From assembly GCA_030603365.1 (NCBI GenBank), contig JAUVXV010000001.1, positions 128,001-192,000 of the forward strand: a stretch of DNA of 64,000 bases, in the 5' to 3' direction. The notes under the pieces were generated by a model. It was given only the letters and a program-made list of their open reading frames with translations. It had not been told where the DNA came from and searched no databases. The translations under genes were made by a program, and so were the position numbers. The stretch's first letter is position 1. Each line of letters begins with the position of its first letter. Source of the DNA: Candidatus Heimdallarchaeota archaeon. GTDB taxonomy: Archaea > Asgardarchaeota > Heimdallarchaeia > Heimdallarchaeales > Heimdallarchaeaceae. Below are positions 9,651 to 18,491 of the stretch, one piece after another.

Positions 9651-10466
9651 ATGACAAAATCAGTAGATGAAGTTCTGGGTTCATTGCGAAATCTTTGTGA
9701 TAAGGAAGTAAGAAATTCAGAAAATTTTGGTATTGAATTTGGGACATTCTCAGTTCACAAGTTAAAAGCTACAAACGTTAAATGTATTGTTACATCTCCA
9801 CTAATGAATCTCAAACTTGTGCATTTCATGAAAGAAAATAGTGCTGCACTTGCCATAACTCTCCTTCCTCTCTCAATTACTAAAACAAATTTTCCTCTGT
9901 CTGAAAGAGATTTTGAGTTACTTAAAGCATTAATTACCAATAACATCAAAACCATAAGGTTACCAGCTGAATGGTTATATTCACTAAAAGGTAGTTTTGC
10001 CTATTTCTTACAAACTCTCGGCCTTACAAATGCAAATAACTCAGAAATGACAGGGATTGTTGATGTACCTCTTATAAACTGGATAATTCAATCAATGAAC
10101 TTCAATGATTTTCTAACTAATTTGGGTCACTTGAATAAGAAATGGCTAGCGTATTCATTTGCTGCTGAAAATCTAGATGTATCTTTTGTCTTGGAAAAAG
10201 GTGATTTTTCATCTAAGGAATTAGAACTTCTTCATAAAGAGGGGGTAAACACTATTGTGAGTTTTAAAGTAGATTCGGAGAAAATCCCCTTATATCAACG
10301 AAATAAGATGAATCTTATCTATCTTCCTTATATCGACTACTGTAACATAGCTCTACGAAAATTCGCTCAAGTTTTACAACTTGAAGTAGGTGAACAGGTC
10401 TTATTCCAACCCTTTGAGACCAAAGAAGGGATAAACTATAATGATCATCAAGGTAAAACATCATAA
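9651..10466 (+). CDS. Divergent Nif3/YbgI-like protein lacking metal-binding His residues
   Basis: Pattern ENFG...VKCIVTS...ALAITLLP matches Nif3 DN.G...V..I...D.IITHHP; similar length. Confidence 0.5.
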   Translation: MTKSVDEVLGSLRNLCDKEVRNSENFGIEFGTFSVHKLKATNVKCIVTSPLMNLKLVHFMKENSAALAITLLPLSITKTNFPLSERDFELLKALITNNIKTIRLPAEWLYSLKGSFAYFLQTLGLTNANNSEMTGIVDVPLINWIIQSMNFNDFLTNLGHLNKKWLAYSFAAENLDVSFVLEKGDFSSKELELLHKEGVNTIVSFKVDSEKIPLYQRNKMNLIYLPYIDYCNIALRKFAQVLQLEVGEQVLFQPFETKEGINYNDHQGKTS

Positions 10467-10509
10467 CGTATAAAATCGTTATTCAAACTAGAAAATAAGG
10501 GGCTCCTAT

Positions 10510-11841
10510 ATGCATAATCTGGTTCCATTAGTTCTTAGTGCTCTAAAGAGAATTGAAGAAGGAAAATCAATAAGAGTCACACTTAGATTGATCGTTGAGA
10601 ATAATAATATAACAAAAGAAGAGGAATCTATTCTCTATTACTATGTTTTTGAAATTTATCGTAAACTAAATCTAATTGATTTATACATCAAAACTAGCTC
10701 TTCTTCTTATTCTCTAAAAAAAATTAGTTGTGTAAATAGGGGACTGCTCAGATTAGCTACTCATCTGCTGAAAATTGAAAATAAACCTTTTGGTGATGTT
10801 TTTCAACTTTTGGAACAGTACTACACAGGAATTGATGATTTAGAATTATCTTTTCTTCTGCTCGCAATTAAGGCTGTATCAGAAGAACAACTATATGAAA
10901 ATCGAGATGATCACCCCTCAAAACTCTCTTTACAATTCTATCTTCCTACATGGATTGTTAGGAAATTCATAGATCAATGGGGAGAAGATTTTACTGAAGC
11001 TCTTTTACCCTCGCTTCTTACGAATCCTCCTACTTACATTAGAGTTAACACTCTCATATCAAATATTAAGGAAATTAAGAAATCTTTCGTAGATCAAAAT
11101 ATCGTATATTCAGAGGTTAAAGAAATTAAAAACCTTCTTAAGATTCAGGATACTCCAATTCCTATACCTCGTACAAAGGAATATCTTGAAGGTAAAATTG
11201 TTATTCAACAAAAAGCATCAGCTGCTGTTTCTCTTATTCTAAATCCTCAAAAAAATGAAAAAATACTAGATATGTGTGCATCTCCTGGGGGTAAAACATC
11301 TCACATTGCTGCTCTTATTGGAGATGGTAAAGGAATAACAGCAGTAGATATTAACGATGAAAGAACTAAAATTCTGAGACAAAGGTTAAAGTTATTGGAT
11401 GTTCAGAATATTGAGATTATACAAACTGATGCAAGAGAACTCCATAAGAAGTTTGATTTCATGTTTGATAAAATACTTGTTGATCCACCTTGCTCTGGCT
11501 CAGGTACATATTCATCAAGACCTGAAAATAGGTGGAGACTAAAACCAAGAGATCTCCGTTGGTACGTAAATTTACAGAAGGATTTACTCTATGAAGCTTC
11601 ATTATTAACCAAAAAAAATGGTAGTATAATCTACTCAACTTGCTCTCTATTTTATGATGAAAATATTAACATGATTGATTCTTTTTTAGCAGAAAATACT
11701 GATTTCTATTTAGAGAAAACCTCTCCAAATGTTGGTATTCAAACTACAACTAATAACGGTATCGTGCAAGAAGTTTTTCCACATATTCATGAAACTGAGG
11801 GATTTTTCATTGTAAAAATAAGAAGAAAAAATAGAGATTGA
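10510..11841 (+). CDS. RsmB/NOL1/NOP2 (Fmu) RNA m5C methyltransferase with NusB-like N-terminus
   Basis: RVNTL, LDMCASPGGKT, DPPCSGSG, YSTCS, EGFF. Confidence 0.93.
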   Translation: MHNLVPLVLSALKRIEEGKSIRVTLRLIVENNNITKEEESILYYYVFEIYRKLNLIDLYIKTSSSSYSLKKISCVNRGLLRLATHLLKIENKPFGDVFQLLEQYYTGIDDLELSFLLLAIKAVSEEQLYENRDDHPSKLSLQFYLPTWIVRKFIDQWGEDFTEALLPSLLTNPPTYIRVNTLISNIKEIKKSFVDQNIVYSEVKEIKNLLKIQDTPIPIPRTKEYLEGKIVIQQKASAAVSLILNPQKNEKILDMCASPGGKTSHIAALIGDGKGITAVDINDERTKILRQRLKLLDVQNIEIIQTDARELHKKFDFMFDKILVDPPCSGSGTYSSRPENRWRLKPRDLRWYVNLQKDLLYEASLLTKKNGSIIYSTCSLFYDENINMIDSFLAENTDFYLEKTSPNVGIQTTTNNGIVQEVFPHIHETEGFFIVKIRRKNRD

Positions 11842-11878
11842 TTCTTTTTCAATGTGCTTTCTTTGGTATGGTTTCTTA

Positions 11879-12508
11879 TTACTCATACATTCTGTCCAGA
11901 AAATCATCAATTTTCTTTATTAATTCGCTCTTTAGTGTATGTCTAGGAGGTTTGCTCACATTTTTTAGATTCTCAATTTTGGTATCAAAAAGAATTTTTG
12001 ATGCAAAAGCTTTCACTACCTCCTCTACATCATATGACATGGAATTAATACTGTTCTCTATTTGATTTATTTCTTTTTTAATTTCGTTTATTTTTCTAGG
12101 CTCTTCAATAAAATCAGTTTTTGCCTCAATTGGCCTTGATCTTGGGATAGTTTTTTCACCATAAACATAAGCTTGTGTTGGTAAATAATCCCTTGATGAT
12201 GTTGAAATCTCCTCATATGATTCTGATTCCATTTTTCTTAATAGTTCAGGCAAAACCCTATCTCTTTCCTCATGTTCTATATTGACAACACTATATTTCG
12301 ATCCCTTACTTGTTCTCAGATTAGTAGCAGCTCTACCTGCCGAATAGGAAAGAATACTTGAAATCCCATCTTTTCTATAAACATAAATTCTTTTTTCAAA
12401 CCTATCAATTATTAGATAAGCTCCATTTCCGTCAAGAAAACTTTCTTTTATTGCTGGTACTTCACTATAGCTTCCATCGTTTCTTACTGAAAAAACACGT
12501 AGTCCCAT
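11879..12508 (-). CDS. Single gelsolin-homology domain protein with helical C-terminal extension
   Basis: EVP...FLDGNGAYLIID....IYVY..G.S.....A...A..L....G.....V.IE.EE follows the gelsolin repeat consensus. Confidence 0.7.
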   Translation of the reverse strand: MGLRVFSVRNDGSYSEVPAIKESFLDGNGAYLIIDRFEKRIYVYRKDGISSILSYSAGRAATNLRTSKGSKYSVVNIEHEERDRVLPELLRKMESESYEEISTSSRDYLPTQAYVYGEKTIPRSRPIEAKTDFIEEPRKINEIKKEINQIENSINSMSYDVEEVVKAFASKILFDTKIENLKNVSKPPRHTLKSELIKKIDDFLDRMYE

Positions 12509-12528
12509 GTTAACACCCCAGTGTTAAC
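12509..12528. promoter_or_regulatory. Perfect 8-bp inverted repeat over the RBS of the gelsolin-like gene
   Basis: GTTAACAC-CCCA-GTGTTAAC abutting the ATG. Confidence 0.4.
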
Positions 12529-12560
12529 GTTATGTCCTTTCACACATAAAAGTATTCTTT

Positions 12561-13280
12561 TCAGTTTTGATATTTAGTGGGGTCTGTTTTTTTAGCTATT
12601 TTGAAAGCTCTTTTTCTTCTTTGACAGGATTCACATGAACCACAATGAATAGGGTAACCTTCATCTGACCACTGTTTTACTTGATAACATGACGAAGAAA
12701 ATTCTATTTTTGCTTCCTTCTCATCAAGATATTCAACAATATCCTTTTTTTGATAATCATGAAATGGTGCAACTACCTTAATTTTATTCATACATCCAAG
12801 TTTTATTGCATCATTCATTCGGTTTACAAATTCTAAAGTATTATCCGGAAAAGTGTTACCTTCCTCCTCATTGGCTCCAAAGAGAATATCGACGGGGGCA
12901 TCAAAACTATCAGCAAAAGACGCAGCGATAGAAATGAACAATATATTTCTCCCTGGAACCCAAACTGCTTTTGCAGAATGTTTTGTTAATTCTTCAGAAT
13001 CAAGTTCTTCAATTTTATTTATCTTAGGAGGATTTTTTCCTAATTGAGAAAGACTAGAACCTGATTTTTGAGCAAAATTACCTAAAAATGGCAATTCAAT
13101 AATTTCGCTTTCTATTCCAAGAAAAGATGAAAATCGTTTATTGATTTTAGTGATGGTTGTATCTTCTTTACTCTCATAAAGAAAACTTAGCAAAATAATC
13201 TTCTCATATTTCTCTAAAGCCCAATAAAGACATGCTGTCGAATCTAACCCTCCTGAGAATAGGACTATTGCGGTCTTCAT
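12561..13280 (-). CDS. queC: 7-cyano-7-deazaguanine synthase
   Basis: SGGLDS, VPGRN, FPDN, SCY...CGSCESC. Confidence 0.93.
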   Translation of the reverse strand: MKTAIVLFSGGLDSTACLYWALEKYEKIILLSFLYESKEDTTITKINKRFSSFLGIESEIIELPFLGNFAQKSGSSLSQLGKNPPKINKIEELDSEELTKHSAKAVWVPGRNILFISIAASFADSFDAPVDILFGANEEEGNTFPDNTLEFVNRMNDAIKLGCMNKIKVVAPFHDYQKKDIVEYLDEKEAKIEFSSSCYQVKQWSDEGYPIHCGSCESCQRRKRAFKIAKKTDPTKYQN

Positions 13281-13341
13281 TTTGATTCTTCTCTATTTAA
13301 AGTGTAATTTCACGTATTATCTGTGTATTATTTTCTTTTTC

Positions 13342-13803
13342 TTATTCGGTATATGAAACAATACTTGTGGGTGTTTCTGCCATTGTAACTGTAATTTTGA
13401 ATTGGGGATATTTCTTTTTTAGTTTATCATGTAAGAATTTTGAGAGCAGTTCAACTGTAGTTGCTTCTAATGGAACAAGTACAACATCTTCCTTGGGGAA
13501 ACGATAAAACTTTCCATCACAAGTTGAGATTTTGTATTGTTTTTGATCCAATTCTATGTCAAGATTTGGATTATTTTCAGGAAGTAAGATTCTATGATCC
13601 AGCTCTTTTACTATCTTACCAACACTTGTTTTGAATGGTCCAAAATCAATTAACATGTTATTTTCGTCAAGATCGCCTTCAATCTCTACTTCTATTTCAT
13701 AATTGTGTCCATGAAGACGGGCACATTTATCGTGTTTGATTAGCATATGTGCTGAGGCTAATGTCAATTTATCTCCAGAGATTTTTAATTTCATCTTTAT
13801 CAC
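13342..13803 (-). CDS. queD: 6-carboxytetrahydropterin synthase
   Basis: SAH, CARLHGHNY, LDH, TTVE, ET. Confidence 0.9.
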   Translation of the reverse strand: MIKMKLKISGDKLTLASAHMLIKHDKCARLHGHNYEIEVEIEGDLDENNMLIDFGPFKTSVGKIVKELDHRILLPENNPNLDIELDQKQYKISTCDGKFYRFPKEDVVLVPLEATTVELLSKFLHDKLKKKYPQFKITVTMAETPTSIVSYTE

Positions 13804-14436
13804 TCAAATTGGTCTTGTTTTTGAAACATCCTCTTTTATTTTTGTTATCTCATGTGAATAATGCTGCGCTATAACCATAGCAATTTTTTCTAGCTCTTCT
13901 TCTTTTATTCCTAACTCAAGAAGCCCTATTGCTTCTACATGAGAAGGAAAACCTGTACTAGCAATATTTATGCCCAAATGAATTTTGCTGCTTGACACAC
14001 TTATTGTAGCAATTGCAACATTCAATTTTCTGTTGTTTACGTACATGTCTGTTCCTTTTCTTATAATATCTATCCCCTTGTCTTTTAGAACCTCTATTAC
14101 TATCTGAGTTAAAACTTGCAGTCTATAATACTCCATTTCCATGTTTGGAGGTTGGGTGTCAAATTCTTCGATTATAAAATGTAATGAATCATCTGAGCTT
14201 ATCAGAATCTTGTTTAGATGTGCTTCTCGAATTATATCTTTTATATCTACCATTTCTTCAGGAGATAATTTCATCCCACCTCGAAAAATAAGTATTGTCT
14301 CCCCAAAAATACCATACTTCTCTGTAGTATAATGATTTGCTATTTGGGAACCATCATATATCTCAGAATTTGAGAAATCTTTTACGATTATGTTATAATG
14401 ATGTTTTTTAAAATTCTTCATCATTTTCAAGACCAT
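13804..14436 (-). CDS. DUF366 family protein (biotin/lipoate ligase-like fold)
   Basis: YDGSQI, MVDIKD, HFIIE, GTDMYV..RKL.VAIAT, HLGIN. Confidence 0.8.
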   Translation of the reverse strand: MVLKMMKNFKKHHYNIIVKDFSNSEIYDGSQIANHYTTEKYGIFGETILIFRGGMKLSPEEMVDIKDIIREAHLNKILISSDDSLHFIIEEFDTQPPNMEMEYYRLQVLTQIVIEVLKDKGIDIIRKGTDMYVNNRKLNVAIATISVSSSKIHLGINIASTGFPSHVEAIGLLELGIKEEELEKIAMVIAQHYSHEITKIKEDVSKTRPI

Positions 14437-15376
14437 TTAATTGTTCTTTTAATTTTAGTAAAGTTGTTTTCACTTCCGCAACAGCATTATGTTGATGAAT
14501 GCTCTCGTAATTAATTTGTTTAACACATATATGTGTCTCAGGGGGTTGATTATTATATTTAAGCGCTACCTGCTTAAGAATGGTACGAACCACGTCTTCT
14601 ACAAAAACTGGGTTTTGATGTGCATATATGACTACTGCCTGTTCATCTTTTCTTTTGAGCACTTCGTGTGTAGGAGCACTCATAGAATTTTCAAGTATTA
14701 CAATTACATCCTCTAATTCGATTCTTTCAGCGTTTCTAGGTTGTTCAAACACTAGTATAGACTTAGATCTTTGATTGTGAGATGCTAAAGGCATATCTTC
14801 TAGAACTAAATCAATCTGTTCTTTTGTAAATCCCTTTTCAGCAAGTTTCTCTTGTGCAAAATCTCTAGATAATTCCTGAGAACAAGGGCAGACTGTGGTT
14901 CCTTCTACTTCTGCTCCTATGATTTTTGTGACTACTATTTTTTCGCCGTTTTTCTTTGCACGAGCACCTGCGATTAGTTTATGAACTCCTGATTTTTCAC
15001 TTTTTATAGCTTCGGAATAAGTTTTCAACTCGTAATCAGCAGTTAGATTAACTTCCGAATTTGTAGCACCAGGTTGAGCTAAAAGAACCTTTTCTGCTAT
15101 TTGTGAACATAATTCTTCACAATCTGAAATTACTTCACCAGTAAGAGTTGCTATTACTTCATTTATTGCTTCTATATTACGTGACATATGAATGCCTCGT
15201 TTTGAAGGAAGTAAATCAACATACACATCTATTTTGGCTGAAAGTTCATTAAACTCACCAAATCTTTTACGTTTAATGATTTTGGGAATATCACACACTC
15301 CTACTCTTCGAATACCAATTTGAATTTTAGAATCATCAGACTGAACATCCGATAGTGCTTTACTGTTTAGTTTCAT
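14408..15376 (-). CDS. mptA: GTP cyclohydrolase FolE2/MptA family
   Basis: GIHMSR, TVCPCS, HNQRS, LKRKDE, FVEDVVR, ESIHQHNA. Confidence 0.88.
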   Translation of the reverse strand: MKLNSKALSDVQSDDSKIQIGIRRVGVCDIPKIIKRKRFGEFNELSAKIDVYVDLLPSKRGIHMSRNIEAINEVIATLTGEVISDCEELCSQIAEKVLLAQPGATNSEVNLTADYELKTYSEAIKSEKSGVHKLIAGARAKKNGEKIVVTKIIGAEVEGTTVCPCSQELSRDFAQEKLAEKGFTKEQIDLVLEDMPLASHNQRSKSILVFEQPRNAERIELEDVIVILENSMSAPTHEVLKRKDEQAVVIYAHQNPVFVEDVVRTILKQVALKYNNQPPETHICVKQINYESIHQHNAVAEVKTTLLKLKEQLNGLENDEEF

Positions 15377-15386
15377 GTTTTGTCAC

Positions 15387-16196
15387 CTATAGGATTTCTA
15401 CGGCTTTGTGCATTTGAATTGAGATTCCAATTTTGTTAGCGGGAAGATATTTACCGGCAATTTGAGTAAATTTGTTAACTTGATTCCAAGTAGGTTTTTC
15501 AACTTTTGATTCTTTAGTTGGAGTAACAAATTGAATTACTATCGGAATATCAATTTTTCCACATTTCCTTGCTATTATCTCAAAATCTTCGTCTTTTGAG
15601 GATTTAGTTATTACAGTTTTTGCGAAAACCTTAGTACCTGATTTTTGAAGAATTTTACTCATTAATATTTCTTGTTCTATTAATTCATCCCAATCTAATG
15701 CGGCTTCAGAACTCCTGTCTTTGATGTCCACACAAGCATAATCTATGTCTTTAGCTATTTTTTCAAGAAACTCAAAGTTGTCTGTAAAGGCAGTTTCTAG
15801 ATATATTTTGTAACCATTTGACTTGAGAAGCTTAATTGATTCTTCAAGAAATGATTCTTGAAATAAAGGTTCCCCTCCTGTAAAACTTACTGAGTGTAAA
15901 TCATTCGTTGTAAGTTTTTTGATAATTGCTAACACATCTTCAGAAGTTAAAGGATTTTCATATTCCTTAAATTCTTGACTCCCCGGTTTAGTTTCAATAA
16001 TGCACTTCTCTGGTGTTGCACTCCAAGATTTAGGGGAATCACACCAAATACAACCTTTTGTTCCATGAACACCTAAAGCTAAAGGACAACCAGAGAATCT
16101 AATGAAAATCTGCCTTAATCCGTAACAACTTCCATTGACGGCAGCTCCTTCTCCTTGGAAACTAGAGAAAATTTCTTGGATATATCCCTGAGACAT
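15387..16196 (-). CDS. queE: 7-carboxy-7-deazaguanine synthase (radical SAM) with CX11CX2C motif
   Basis: EIFSSFQGEG, FIRFSGC...CIWCD, TGGEP, QMHK; que context. Confidence 0.9.
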   Translation of the reverse strand: MSQGYIQEIFSSFQGEGAAVNGSCYGLRQIFIRFSGCPLALGVHGTKGCIWCDSPKSWSATPEKCIIETKPGSQEFKEYENPLTSEDVLAIIKKLTTNDLHSVSFTGGEPLFQESFLEESIKLLKSNGYKIYLETAFTDNFEFLEKIAKDIDYACVDIKDRSSEAALDWDELIEQEILMSKILQKSGTKVFAKTVITKSSKDEDFEIIARKCGKIDIPIVIQFVTPTKESKVEKPTWNQVNKFTQIAGKYLPANKIGISIQMHKAVEIL

Positions 16197-16263
16197 CGAA
16201 ATACGATTTTCCTAATTCTAAATAAGAATTGCTTATGTTGTTAAAAAAATATAAAAAGAAAAA

Positions 16264-16731
16264 CTAGAGACCATATCTACCTATCTGTTCGAAAGTTGCG
16301 AATTTTTCTACATATTCTTTAACTTTGCGAGCATATTCTTTTGGATCTCTCTTCATTAGATTGGCAGCAGTTGAATTTAAAGGGTCATCTGGATTTGGAT
16401 TACATAAAATAAATCTGATTGATTCAATAATATCAACTAGGTTATTTGCTGGTGTCCAATCAACGCCTAGAACTCCCACGCATATTCGAGTGTCAAAGAC
16501 ATTAGCATGAAATACTTTTGTTAACATTTTTACTTTTGGAGGTTTAAATGGATATTCTCTCGGAATTTCTATATCCAATACGAAAACACCTCCTTCATAT
16601 AATCCTGCACCAAAGATGAATCCTCGCCATGATAGAGTATTTCCGTCAATTGGTTTGAAAGTAGGTAATTCCTTTTTCAACTCATTTGCTTCTATCGCAA
16701 TTCTAGGCCAGAATTCTTCTTCAGATAACAT
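16264..16731 (-). CDS. Ubiquitin-conjugating enzyme E2
   Basis: YEGG.F, EYPFKPP, FHANV....IC (catalytic Cys), WTP, PNPDDPLN. Confidence 0.93.
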   Translation of the reverse strand: MLSEEEFWPRIAIEANELKKELPTFKPIDGNTLSWRGFIFGAGLYEGGVFVLDIEIPREYPFKPPKVKMLTKVFHANVFDTRICVGVLGVDWTPANNLVDIIESIRFILCNPNPDDPLNSTAANLMKRDPKEYARKVKEYVEKFATFEQIGRYGL

Positions 16732-16769
16732 TTCATATCCCTTGCATTTTTGATTTTTGAATTTATTTG

Positions 16770-16934
16770 CTAATATCCTCCAGTGCTCTTGTTCTGCATT
16801 TCAAGTAATATCATAAGTACTGCAGCAATTAATCCCTTTTGATCTCCTGCAATTCTTTTAAATTCTTCCCTCTCTAACATCATCGATATAGAACGCCATC
16901 TAACAAGTAATTCTACTATATCTCTTTCACTCAT
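16770..16934 (-). CDS. Unannotated 54-aa ORF ending ...STGGY
   Basis: Manual translation MSERDIVELLVRWRSISMMLEREEFKRIAGDQKGLIAAVLMILLEMQNKSTGGY*; ATG preceded by GAAGG; fills the gap upstream of the E2. Confidence 0.65.
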   Translation of the reverse strand: MSERDIVELLVRWRSISMMLEREEFKRIAGDQKGLIAAVLMILLEMQNKSTGGY

Positions 16935-17087
16935 TAGCCTTCATTTAAGAAAAGTTGGCTTAGCTTTATTAAGATTATGTCTCTCCTAATGAGATTGAAA
17001 GTTTTTGATAAATTTTGAGCTATTTTATAATACGCCTAAGCCACAAATTTTTTTAAATTTAAATTATTATTATATTTGTGAATATTA

Positions 17088-17753
17088 ATGAGTAACCCAG
17101 AGGAAATGTTAGTGCAATTAATTAATTCGATTAACAAACTATCTACATTAGTTCAAAACGTTAATGATTCAATTGCTAAATTATCTACCCAAATATCTCA
17201 ATTAGAAACTAAGATGGCTAGTTTTTCAAATGTTGAAACTCAAGTATCAGAAGTTGGTCTTAAACTTGGAGAAATCCCTGGAATAAAAGACATGATTTCT
17301 AATTTAAATGCAAAAATTGATGGGTTAGGAACTGTCGTGAGCGCTTCTACAGCTCAAGCTTCTGAGGCTAAGTCTAAGCCAGTAAAGAAGAAAAAGCAAG
17401 AAGAGTATGTTTCTCCTGCTTTGGTTGAAGAAGAACCCACTATTGGTGCATCTTCTGAAGCAGATTCTGCATTTACTGCTGTTTCAGCAAAATTTAATCA
17501 TATAACACAAATGGTTAGTCCCAACTCGAGTTGTGGAAATATCGAAAAAATGCTTGTTGAACTTAGAGATGAAGTTGAAACTCAAGTTGGGATGTCTCCA
17601 ATGCTGTATGAACTAAACTCTTGGGTACAACGAGTTTCTAAAATGCCAGAATCAGATGTTCTTCTTCCAGAAATTCATAGCGAGCTTCTTGAAAAATTAG
17701 ATGATTGGCTTACCCGGGTAACAAAAGCTATCCACTTAAAGTATCAAGAGTGA
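17088..17753 (+). CDS. Hypothetical protein: N-terminal coiled coil, linker, helical C-domain
   Basis: Heptad pattern over residues ~5-80. Confidence 0.7.
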   Translation: MSNPEEMLVQLINSINKLSTLVQNVNDSIAKLSTQISQLETKMASFSNVETQVSEVGLKLGEIPGIKDMISNLNAKIDGLGTVVSASTAQASEAKSKPVKKKKQEEYVSPALVEEEPTIGASSEADSAFTAVSAKFNHITQMVSPNSSCGNIEKMLVELRDEVETQVGMSPMLYELNSWVQRVSKMPESDVLLPEIHSELLEKLDDWLTRVTKAIHLKYQE

Positions 17754-17847
17754 TAGATTTACTCTTTTTTTTTCTTAAGGTAATACCCACGTCCATACTG
17801 ATATAATACTAATTTTTTAACCTAATGAGTTACATGATTAACATGTT

Positions 17848-18483
17848 ATGATGAATCTTAGTGATGTAAAGGGCGTTATAGAGATAAATGGCACATCTTA
17901 TGATCCAAAAAACGTAATTAAAGCTCTCCTTGAACAGGGGTTGAAGATTCATCCACTTAATGGTTCATTATTAATTGGACGAACATTTGTTGATCCCACA
18001 CCAAATCTACAATATAGTACAACTTCCTGTCCTATTTCAGATCATTGTAAGATTTTTGATAAGCTGTATCTACAAAAACCAGGGGAAGTAAATTCATCTT
18101 CAGATGACCAAAATCAAACCTCTCCTTCAGTTGATTTTTATTCCAATCCCTTTAAGACACCTTCTGATCGATTTTACACTGACCCTATTCAGATTGATAT
18201 AGATGATCTCGATATTACAAATCTTTTCTCTGATTCAACAAAAAGAACTCCCTCAATTGATGAACATGAAAGCACTAGTCCCCTAGATTCAGATTTTAGA
18301 AGAGATTTAGATTCTGATCCTTCTGAAATGATGGGTTTATCACCTGTAACACGTTATGGGTTAACATCAAACATTAAGGAATCAATTGTCCCTGCGGAAT
18401 ATAGGGGAAGGTGCACTTACTGTAATTCAACAGTCAATATAAGATGGAAATATTGTGGAAGTTGTGGGACTTCCATAAACTAA
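17848..18483 (+). CDS. Hypothetical protein with low-complexity middle and C-terminal zinc ribbon
   Basis: C-terminal CTYC...YCGSCG. Confidence 0.7.
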   Translation: MMNLSDVKGVIEINGTSYDPKNVIKALLEQGLKIHPLNGSLLIGRTFVDPTPNLQYSTTSCPISDHCKIFDKLYLQKPGEVNSSSDDQNQTSPSVDFYSNPFKTPSDRFYTDPIQIDIDDLDITNLFSDSTKRTPSIDEHESTSPLDSDFRRDLDSDPSEMMGLSPVTRYGLTSNIKESIVPAEYRGRCTYCNSTVNIRWKYCGSCGTSIN

Positions 18484-18491
18484 AATAATTT

